From: an uncultured Candidatus Peribacteria bacterium
Lineage (GTDB): Bacteria > Patescibacteriota > Gracilibacteria > UBA4473
Direction: 5' to 3'
Assembly: GCA_964592695.1 (NCBI GenBank)
Contig: CAZQFO010000001.1
Location: forward strand, 1 to 59,273
Length of the DNA stretch: 59,273 nt
The notes under the pieces were generated by a model. That model saw nothing but the letters and a program-made list of their open reading frames with translations, had not been told where the DNA came from and made no database searches. This document shows positions 46,734 to 54,776 of the stretch, piece by piece (positions within the stretch are counted from its first letter, which is position 1; the number at the start of each line of letters is the position of its first letter). The translations under genes were made by a program, and so were the position numbers.

Positions 46734-47096
46734 ATGTCACTAGAAAGTTCGAGTTCGATTGATTCCGGAGCGGAAAGCAAAAGGGCTTCAAAATCTCCAC
46801 AAAGTCGAATAAACCAAGCGTATGATGATTTTCGACAAGGATTGAAGCATGATCAAAGTGGAGCTTGGGGCAAAGAAAACAAAGAAGATCAAAAATTGAG
46901 GCAAAAGTCTGAAAAGGATAGGCGAGGGGCGATATCGAAAGTAAAAAATGCCGAATCAGCGGCCAAGCAAAAAGCTATGAGTAAAGTGGATTCAAACCGT
47001 GATTTATTCAAGGGAATGGATGCCCGAGGCAAAATCAGAGAAAACGTCAAAAGCAATATCTCTTCTGCTGTTGACAGTGCAATGAATAAATTTTGA
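46734..47096 (+). CDS. Hypothetical Lys-rich protein
   Basis: Track ORF. Confidence 0.45.
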   Translation: MSLESSSSIDSGAESKRASKSPQSRINQAYDDFRQGLKHDQSGAWGKENKEDQKLRQKSEKDRRGAISKVKNAESAAKQKAMSKVDSNRDLFKGMDARGKIRENVKSNISSAVDSAMNKF

Positions 47097-47120
47097 GCCA
47101 TTAACAATAAGGCAAAAAAC

Positions 47121-47657
47121 ATGTCACATGCTGATATGAATAATGTTCTCAAAAGTGCAAAGAATACTTTACATCGAAAAACGAATGCTCAAAGGATTGC
47201 CAATAATGCTTTTAATAAGGTTAAAACAGAAGCAAAACAGAAACAGGAAGAAGGAACGCGAAATGCAGACAATGCAGAAAAAGAAAAATTGAGAGCCATA
47301 GGGGCAAAAAGACAAAATATTGCATGGAAAATACAGGCCTTTACCACAGACGCAATAGTAAAACCAACATCAATAAAAAATCAAGAAAATGCTTATGGCG
47401 CGAATTCCGCATTAAATGAAATGGGCATGCAATTCGCACATGGCGCTGAAAAATCCAAATTCACGCAAAAATCAGTAGCTGCAACTAATAAACTAAGATC
47501 CGAACTTGGAATGCCTCTATCAAGTGATCCATTTGATTCAAGACTTTGTAAAGCGATTAAAACACTAGCTGACGCACAACATGAAGCTCGATATGGAAAA
47601 CTTCGTGGGAAGTCAGACAAAAAGACTCATTTATATTTTGGAAAATTAAAGGTTTAA
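47121..47657 (+). CDS. Hypothetical basic protein
   Basis: Track ORF. Confidence 0.45.
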   Translation: MSHADMNNVLKSAKNTLHRKTNAQRIANNAFNKVKTEAKQKQEEGTRNADNAEKEKLRAIGAKRQNIAWKIQAFTTDAIVKPTSIKNQENAYGANSALNEMGMQFAHGAEKSKFTQKSVAATNKLRSELGMPLSSDPFDSRLCKAIKTLADAQHEARYGKLRGKSDKKTHLYFGKLKV

Positions 47658-47667
47658 TCCCAAGTCC

Positions 47668-49272
47668 CTAATTTGAACGACCTTTTTTCTTTTTTCTAGA
47701 ATCTCTATATTTATCTCCAAATTCTTCCTTGGCATTAAATCCCGAGTTATCGACTCGCTGAGGATTTGTAGGGTGAAAATGACAGGCTAGATCAGTATTA
47801 TCATTCTTACAGGACTTCCCCTCTCCTTTTGAAATCTTTGATTTTTTAGGTTTTGTTTCAAAACTATGAACTTTGTCACAGGTTTCTGGTACATCTCCAA
47901 ATACATTTGTAGCATCAAATTCTGTACAGGGAACCCATTGTGGCTTTGTGGGATGGTAATGAGATGGGGGTAATTTTGGTTTTTTATCTTTATCTTTTTT
48001 GCAACCACCAATCTCATACCCTTGATAATTATGAATTTCTTCACGTGACACAGACATGGTTACTTCGTTTAAACAAATGATAACCATATCAGGTGCGGAT
48101 TTGTGCCATTTCTCTTTTGTAAAAACAGATCCCAGTTTGCTGAGCGTATCTATGGCTTCTGCACAATCTACATCATCTATCTTTGGACATGATCTTGGAG
48201 TATTTTTTAGTTCTTTGACTTTCGCCTCTAAGCTAATCATATTATCTTTGCTATCCTCCAAATCTTTATTTGTTTCTTTTAGTTCCCTTTTAAGTTTTTT
48301 AACTTCTTTTACTTTTTCTTCCAACTCACTGATTTCTTCATCTTTTTCCTCTAAATCGTCATTTTGATCTTTTATCTCTTTTTTAAGTTCTTTTATCTCC
48401 TTCATTTTTTCTTCCAGATCTTCTACTTCATCTTCTTTTTCTTCGAGTAATTCCTTTAGTTTCTTTAATTCCTTCTCATTCTCTTTAGGAAAGGAGAGAG
48501 GCACCCCATTGTCTTCATCATTATCTTCATCCTTTTCCTCCTCTTTATCTTTTTTATCATCTTTTCCTTCGTCATCATCTGATTTTGGTCTAGGACCTTT
48601 ATGCGTTTGCGTACAGGGGCCTCTGTCGTCCCCGTGATCCAAATGCGTTTGTACAGCTGATTCGGCTACGGAAATATCAATAGTGGGGTAGGGAAACTTT
48701 GCTGTACGATGACAAATATCCACTTTCTTTTTACGTTTATTTCCCTTGCATGTTTTCCCATCCTCAAAATTATTATAAACTCTGACGACATTTCGAGTAC
48801 TCAGCTTTATTCCCAAAGATCCATCATGAGAGTCTTGTGCTACTTTTTCTACGGCAATTCCTCCGCAGATTTCATCCGGACTAGCATTGGAAGGAATCGA
48901 AATACGAAAAGGCAGATCCTTTGATTCTCCTGGATCAAGTGTCATTTTATCTGCAGACAAAGTTATCCAATTGCCCATTTCATCCATTGATTCACTTCTT
49001 TGTTTCAGGCTAAATCCTGCCCCTGCAGAAGATATCCAATCGGTTGGGTATACATAAACGGTCCATGTTTCATCGGTGGTATTAAGAACCTTCATCACAT
49101 CATTATAGTTTTCTCCAGGTTTTAATTCGTACATAAACCAACTTTTGTAGTTATCATTTAATGGCATTTGTGGGCGCCCCCCAACGCCTTCTCCTACACG
49201 AGCGTATGCAAATGTGCTGGTAAACAAAAACACCAATGATGCGAAGAAATTGAGAATTAGTTTAATTTTCAT
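47668..49272 (-). CDS. Secreted DUF916-like surface protein, long form (acidic linker, coiled coil, Cys/His-containing duplicated C-terminal module)
   Basis: Strong SD gggagg 10 nt upstream. Signal peptide, then GGRPQMPLNDNYKSWFMYELKPGENYNDVMKVLNTTDETWTVYVYPTD..., paralogous to 37551..38072. Then DDDEGKDDKKDKEEEKDEDNDEDN, heptad-like EKMKEIKELKKEIKDQNDDLEEK.., and a duplicated HYHPTKPQWV / HFHPTNPQRV. Confidence 0.6.
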   Translation of the reverse strand: MKIKLILNFFASLVFLFTSTFAYARVGEGVGGRPQMPLNDNYKSWFMYELKPGENYNDVMKVLNTTDETWTVYVYPTDWISSAGAGFSLKQRSESMDEMGNWITLSADKMTLDPGESKDLPFRISIPSNASPDEICGGIAVEKVAQDSHDGSLGIKLSTRNVVRVYNNFEDGKTCKGNKRKKKVDICHRTAKFPYPTIDISVAESAVQTHLDHGDDRGPCTQTHKGPRPKSDDDEGKDDKKDKEEEKDEDNDEDNGVPLSFPKENEKELKKLKELLEEKEDEVEDLEEKMKEIKELKKEIKDQNDDLEEKDEEISELEEKVKEVKKLKRELKETNKDLEDSKDNMISLEAKVKELKNTPRSCPKIDDVDCAEAIDTLSKLGSVFTKEKWHKSAPDMVIICLNEVTMSVSREEIHNYQGYEIGGCKKDKDKKPKLPPSHYHPTKPQWVPCTEFDATNVFGDVPETCDKVHSFETKPKKSKISKGEGKSCKNDNTDLACHFHPTNPQRVDNSGFNAKEEFGDKYRDSRKKKKGRSN

Positions 49273-49347
49273 ATTTTATTTTCCTCCCAATAATAGATCA
49301 GTTTTTTAGAAAATGCGAATTTTTTATTAAAAAAATAGGGATTTTAT

Positions 49348-49568
49348 TCTTTAATGTAATTACTCCAATGATGTACCAGTAAAAAAAACTAAAGTTGTAG
49401 TTTTTGCGATTTTCATGGACGACGAAGGCTGATTTATCAGCCAAGGAGTCCAATGAAAATCGCATCTTGGCGAAGATCTATCATTTTAGCTTATCTTTTT
49501 TATAGAGCCAATTTACAGCATTTACTTGTTGTTTTCATGGTACGAGATTGGAGTAATTACTCTTTAAT
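49348..49568. mobile_element. MITE-like element (205 bp) with 14-bp perfect TIRs (imperfect to about 33 bp) and 8-bp target-site duplication
   Basis: gtaattactccaat (49356-49369) is the exact reverse complement of 49547-49560. tctttaat flanks both ends directly (49348-49355, 49561-49568). There is an internal long hairpin at 49406-49463. Confidence 0.65.
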
Positions 49569-49610
49569 AATACTTGAAGCCATTCTAACATCGTGTATAA
49601 GTACCTAGTT

Positions 49611-50672
49611 ATGAAAACACCACAAATTCACATTCAAACTTGGCTTAAATCCCAAAAGAAACTCAATGGAATTTTTGTTCGAAAAAGAGAAAATATTTTT
49701 TGGTTGACTGGATTTAGTGGGAGTTTTGGAATTTATATTCAAACAAGAAAAGGACAAAAATATCTTATTTCCGATAGCAGGTATGCTGAAAAAGCAAAAA
49801 AATGTGCCAAAAAATCCGGATGCGAATTTTTGTTGTTTGATCCAAAGACTGAAGGGAAATTAAAAAAAATGTTTCAGAGAAATTTTGCATTAGAAGATTC
49901 TGTTTCTTTGGCACAAAAACGAAGCCTAAGAAAACTATTTTCCCAGGTAAAATTCAAACCTCGAAATAACGTTATCGAAAAATTAAGAAGAACGAAGACT
50001 GATGAAGAAATTGAAAAAATTAAAATTGCACAGACTCAAGTGGATAAAGTACTACTTCCGTTTTTGAAATCGAATCTCAAATCAGGAATAACAGAAAAAG
50101 AATTGTCGTTTAGGTTGGAAATCGCTTTGCGAGACAATGGAAAATTTGGTTTATCTTTTCCGGTGATCATAGCATTTGGAGAAAACTCTGCCATTCCCCA
50201 TCATAATCCCTCTGATCGCAAATTAATGAAAGGCGATAATATTTTGATTGATTGCGGGGTTAAGTTTGAAGGATATTGTTCTGATATAACTCGTAATTTT
50301 GGATGGGTGGCTGTGGCCGACGAGTATTTGAAAAAATATGCATTTCTTTTGAAGGTCCAAGAGTCAATTTTAAAACAATATAAAATAGGTACAAAAGTTA
50401 AATTCTTAGATCAGCAGTGTCGAGAAGAATTAGGCAATGATTCTGATTTTTTTACACATTCTCTTGGGCATGGAGTTGGGCTGGAGGTTCATGAATTACC
50501 TTCCGTATCACAAAAATCGGACTCGATCCCTCAAAAAAATGACGTAGTGACTTGTGAACCGGGAGTTTATTATCCGGGGAAATTTGGAATTCGGATTGAG
50601 GATTTGGTTGTGGTGAGAGAACAAGCAGTAGAAATCTTGTCGAAAACAACGAAGGAATTGGTTGTTTTTTAG
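49611..50672 (+). CDS. pepP: Xaa-Pro aminopeptidase / M24B family peptidase
   Basis: Creatinase-like N-domain plus M24 metal ligands: ILIDCGVKFEGYCSDITR, HSLGHGVGLEVHE, VTCEPGVYYPGKFGIRIEDLVVV. The ATG at 49611 is preferred. Confidence 0.85.
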   Translation: MKTPQIHIQTWLKSQKKLNGIFVRKRENIFWLTGFSGSFGIYIQTRKGQKYLISDSRYAEKAKKCAKKSGCEFLLFDPKTEGKLKKMFQRNFALEDSVSLAQKRSLRKLFSQVKFKPRNNVIEKLRRTKTDEEIEKIKIAQTQVDKVLLPFLKSNLKSGITEKELSFRLEIALRDNGKFGLSFPVIIAFGENSAIPHHNPSDRKLMKGDNILIDCGVKFEGYCSDITRNFGWVAVADEYLKKYAFLLKVQESILKQYKIGTKVKFLDQQCREELGNDSDFFTHSLGHGVGLEVHELPSVSQKSDSIPQKNDVVTCEPGVYYPGKFGIRIEDLVVVREQAVEILSKTTKELVVF

Positions 50673-51109
50673 GGATACTATTGATAAATTGAGTGGTCTC
50701 CAATATTAAAAAACTCAAATTAGAGGGCGTCCCCCTAACTTCAGACAGATTGTAACTTTGTAATATTTTGAATTTTCATGGCTATCTTAATTAAAAATTA
50801 TATTTCACATAACGTCTGAGTATATGCGATGTTGCGTTGCAATCTTATTAATATTTAAACAATCAGCAACGAAATATGGGAGAGCTACGATAGTAGCGAA
50901 CCGCATATGCTGTGTTGTACGACTCGAACGGAGTGGAGAGAAGCGGAACGAAGCAAGAGTGCAACGGGGCGAAGCGTACATTTTTACCTTAATTTAGTTT
51001 TTCACTCTGCTTTTTATTTAATTGTGCATATAAAACAAGATTTTTAAAATTTGCTTGCTTTTTTTACGTAAATAATATATAATTCTCACGTGTAACAATT
51101 TATTAATTC

Positions 51110-51406
51110 ATGACACCTGTAAATACAACGGTTGCTATTGATCCAAGATTGAAAGCAAGAGCTTTTGCAAGGGCAAAAAAAGACCAATTATCCATCTCTG
51201 CTATTATTCGAATTTTTCTTACGGACTATGCAGAAGGGCGTCTCAATATTGGATCACAACCTGTTTTGACTGAAAATGGATATACTCCAGTAGAGGAGGC
51301 TGAAATTTTGCAAGCTGCGGAGGAAGCGAAAAAGGGCATCAATGTTTCTGGTCCTTTTGAAACCATGGAAGAAATTCGGGAACACTTAAATGCTCAAGAA
51401 CAATAG
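51110..51406 (+). CDS. Ribbon-helix-helix (CopG/antitoxin-like) protein, no toxin partner seen
   Basis: TVAIDPRLKARAFARAKKDQLSISAIIRIFLTDYAEG has the beta-strand plus two helices pattern of RHH proteins. Confidence 0.4.
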   Translation: MTPVNTTVAIDPRLKARAFARAKKDQLSISAIIRIFLTDYAEGRLNIGSQPVLTENGYTPVEEAEILQAAEEAKKGINVSGPFETMEEIREHLNAQEQ

Positions 51407-51544
51407 CCTAACGGCGAAAGATTGAAATCTAAGATCTCAGCAATACCAATCTATTAGTGCAACTCCTTAGTAGTTGCAATACTGCTGCATTTACAGGGGT
51501 TACGAAGAAGATTGAAATTCCGATATACTAAAAATCAAGATCAT

Positions 51545-52711
51545 TCATTCCATCAATATCGTCAATAATAATTTTTTTGTTTCGGTTAGAGAAAATTTTT
51601 TCTCTACAAATTCTCGTGCTCTGTTGGTAAAAAATTGCAATTGTTCTGAAGTGTTAATGAAAAACTCGATTTTTTCAGTCAAAGCCTTTGTATTTAGAGA
51701 CTCTACTAACAAAGAAGTTTTGGGATTGTCTAAAAATTGTTCATAACTTTTTAATATCTCTCGAGGTCCGGTTTCGTCAAAAGCAATTACCAATTTTCCC
51801 TGAGATAATGATTCCGTTACCACTCGACCAAATGTTTCTGGTTCAGTTGGTAAAAAGAGAACCAGATCTGATTTATTGATTTCTGTAAAAGGATCATTCA
51901 CCTCCGAGATGAAGTTGATATTTTTTAGCCTCCTAAATTTCACGAAACGGTGAAGTTTTTTTTCGTAAGCAATGGTACTTAGATCTTCTTTTACGGAGTT
52001 CCCGACAATAGTGAACTTCAGATTCGGGTATGTGGTTTGTGCTTTGTCTGCGACTTCCAATACATGCATTTGTCCCTTGCGTGGATCGATTCGCCCTATG
52101 ATTAGGATGTTTTTGATCTGAGAAACCGATCGTGCAGTTGGGATTGATGTAAAATCAATTCCATTTTCTACGATTCGAATTTTTTCATAGTTTTTAGAAT
52201 TAATTCGTTCACGCAAAAAATTACGAAGAGGGACACCATTTGCAATTAATACATCAGCATGCCTTGATATGTTTCGAACTAAAAAATTTGGCACTGTAAA
52301 ATCATGAAACATACAAATCCATTTGCCAGAAATATGAAATATCTTTTTAGCCAAAAACATAACAAAATGGGTTCGTGGCGTATTTGTAAAAAAAACATTG
52401 GCATTCTTTTTTTTAGATAACTGCTTTAATTTATACGCTGCCAGGATAAGTTTTGATGAGGCTACTCCTTTTTTTATTAGCCCTCCTTTGACAGATGGAA
52501 AACTAAAATCTTCATGTGGAATATCCGCAACTAGGTTACGGTATTTGGGATTCTTTGCTCCCACCAAAATTGGATTCATTAATTTTTTTTCTAGATCATT
52601 TGTACTTTTTAAAAAATCAATTAAAAATCTTTCTGCTCCTCCGAGAAATTCGCCTTGATCAAGAAAAAGAGTAGTACGTTTTTTTGTCATTACGATTAAT
52701 TTAATCCCCAT
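51545..52711 (-). CDS. Glycosyltransferase, GT4 (GT-B fold) family
   Basis: N-terminus LGGAERF. C-terminal E(x7)E region LFLPTEPETFGRVVTESLSQGKLVIAFDETGPREIL. The start may be the ATG at 52690. Confidence 0.8.
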   Translation of the reverse strand: MGIKLIVMTKKRTTLFLDQGEFLGGAERFLIDFLKSTNDLEKKLMNPILVGAKNPKYRNLVADIPHEDFSFPSVKGGLIKKGVASSKLILAAYKLKQLSKKKNANVFFTNTPRTHFVMFLAKKIFHISGKWICMFHDFTVPNFLVRNISRHADVLIANGVPLRNFLRERINSKNYEKIRIVENGIDFTSIPTARSVSQIKNILIIGRIDPRKGQMHVLEVADKAQTTYPNLKFTIVGNSVKEDLSTIAYEKKLHRFVKFRRLKNINFISEVNDPFTEINKSDLVLFLPTEPETFGRVVTESLSQGKLVIAFDETGPREILKSYEQFLDNPKTSLLVESLNTKALTEKIEFFINTSEQLQFFTNRAREFVEKKFSLTETKKLLLTILME

Positions 52712-52727
52712 CCCTTAACTTATCAAA

Positions 52728-53381
52728 TTATTTTCTTTTATCGACTCCAATCTTTGGACATAGATCATTCAAAAAACATTTTGAACAGATTGGCACGGGA
52801 GCCTTGCAGTAATCTCGTCCAAATTGTACTAGCATGTGTGATAATGTTCCCCACTTTTTTTGAGGCAATTTTTTCATGAGATCTTGTTCTATTTTTTCTG
52901 GTGTTTTATTTTTTGTTAACCCGACTCTCTGTGAAATTCGTCCAATATGAGTATCAACTACAAATCCCTCATTTTTTCCAAAAAGATTCCACAATATTAC
53001 ATTTGCAGTCTTGCGTCCAACTCCTGGTAACGTCACTAAATCTTCCATTTTATTCGGGACAATTCCGTCGTACTTTAATAAAATTTGTGCTGCACAATTT
53101 TTCAACGTTTTTGATTTCATTCGAAAAAATCCGCAGGGCTTTATTATTTGTTCTAATTCTTCTACTGGTCTGAATGCGTAATGTTCAAGCGTTGGAAAAT
53201 CAATAAAAAGTTTAGGCGTGGTTGCATTTACTCGTTTGTCTGTGCACTGTGCAGAAAGAATTACTGCAAAAAGTAGTGTCCATGGTCGTGTGCTGTCGTA
53301 ATCCAGATGGCATTTTTCAAATTCATAATGCAACTCTATTTGATCGACAAAATTGATTGTAGTAAATTTTAATGGCATCAA
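52728..53381 (-). CDS. nth: Endonuclease III (DNA glycosylase/AP lyase)
   Basis: The HhH-GPD motif LVTLPGVGRKTANVIL..VVDTH, and the 4Fe-4S loop CKAPVPICSKCFLNDLC. Confidence 0.92.
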   Translation of the reverse strand: MMPLKFTTINFVDQIELHYEFEKCHLDYDSTRPWTLLFAVILSAQCTDKRVNATTPKLFIDFPTLEHYAFRPVEELEQIIKPCGFFRMKSKTLKNCAAQILLKYDGIVPNKMEDLVTLPGVGRKTANVILWNLFGKNEGFVVDTHIGRISQRVGLTKNKTPEKIEQDLMKKLPQKKWGTLSHMLVQFGRDYCKAPVPICSKCFLNDLCPKIGVDKRK

Positions 53382-53408
53382 TCTTATTTTGCGTTAAAAT
53401 GCAGAAAA

Positions 53409-54776
53409 ATGAAAAGAATTTTATTAGTGGTGTGCTTAATTCCAAATATAACTTTAGCTAGTATTGGCGATGAGTTAAATGATTTATTATTTAGTTTTTT
53501 TGGTTCGGATGAAACCGCAGAAAAAGAAGCGTCCCCAACTGACACGAAATTGCCTGTAAAAAATCGTTTATATGACAAATTTGAATCTTCTGATGAAAAA
53601 TTAAAAAAAATAAGAAAAGAAATATTTTTTGAAGAAAATATATTGGAAGAAACCGAGAGTGTGATTCAAGACAAACTTGAGCATTTGGGGCACATTTTGA
53701 GTGATAAAAATAAGGCACAAACAGATGTATATCTATTAGATACCGAACTAGGATCGACCTCCAAACAATTGAATAGATTGCTGGTACAAGAAAAAAAATG
53801 GCAAGACCAATTAGCACAAATTACTTATGAAAAATATAACTTGCGGGCATTAATTCGATCTCAAGAACGGGCTTATGAAAAAATGATGCAGAAAGAATTT
53901 TTGAGAAACTCTTCATTTAGCTCTACTCAAAAAGTATCGCTTATGAAATGGTTATTTTCTGATAAAACCGTATCCCAGATTTTAGAAGAAAAAAAACAAA
54001 TTCGTGAATTTCAAAAGCAAAAAGAATTAGAATTGGATCAGTTGCACGAACTTAAGCGTGAAATGGATAAACAAGAACGATATCAAGCCTCCTTATTAAG
54101 TCGTATTACGAGTCTCTCTCAGCAATCTGCACGTATGCAAAAAAGTTTGTCTGAAATTGCATATTCTCGAGCAAATAGATTGGCTAGGTTAGAAGATCAA
54201 ACAGGACAAACAGAAAAAGAGTTAGAAAATCTTCGCCGACAACAATCAGCTTCTACTTTGACATTGCAAAATTTGAGTGCTCAGATGAAAACAATGGAGA
54301 AAAATTTGGCTTTGAATGACTCTGCAATGGGAGCGTCTGAAAAAGAGCATACATTGGCAATTTTAGATTTTCCATTAAAAATTCCGATGATTGTTAATGC
54401 TCATTTTCGAGATGAAAAATATGAACAAGAGCTTGGAATAACTCATGACGGAGTGGATTTTTGGGCGGCACAGGGTACGGATATTTTTGCTCCTGCCGAT
54501 GGTGTGGTAAAGAACATTTCGAGTAATGGGTATGGGTATTCATATTTGATTCTCGAACATGAAAACAATCTGCACACGGTTTATGGTCATGTGTCAGATA
54601 CGCTGGTAAATGAAGGCCAAAGAGTAAAAAATGGTGATTTAATAGCAAAGACTGGAGGCGAACAGGGAAAGACAGGATCGGGTTATATGACTACTGGACC
54701 ACATTTACATTTCGAAGTATTACATAGTGGTCGTTTTATTGATCCGATGAAGGTTTTGAAAATGAAAAAAAGTTAG
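53409..54776 (+). CDS. M23-family metallopeptidase with N-terminal coiled coil (EnvC-like)
   Basis: Signal-like N-terminus, long coiled coil, then ITHDGVDFWAAQGTDIFAPADGVV..YGHVS..GPHLHFEV. Confidence 0.85.
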   Translation: MKRILLVVCLIPNITLASIGDELNDLLFSFFGSDETAEKEASPTDTKLPVKNRLYDKFESSDEKLKKIRKEIFFEENILEETESVIQDKLEHLGHILSDKNKAQTDVYLLDTELGSTSKQLNRLLVQEKKWQDQLAQITYEKYNLRALIRSQERAYEKMMQKEFLRNSSFSSTQKVSLMKWLFSDKTVSQILEEKKQIREFQKQKELELDQLHELKREMDKQERYQASLLSRITSLSQQSARMQKSLSEIAYSRANRLARLEDQTGQTEKELENLRRQQSASTLTLQNLSAQMKTMEKNLALNDSAMGASEKEHTLAILDFPLKIPMIVNAHFRDEKYEQELGITHDGVDFWAAQGTDIFAPADGVVKNISSNGYGYSYLILEHENNLHTVYGHVSDTLVNEGQRVKNGDLIAKTGGEQGKTGSGYMTTGPHLHFEVLHSGRFIDPMKVLKMKKS

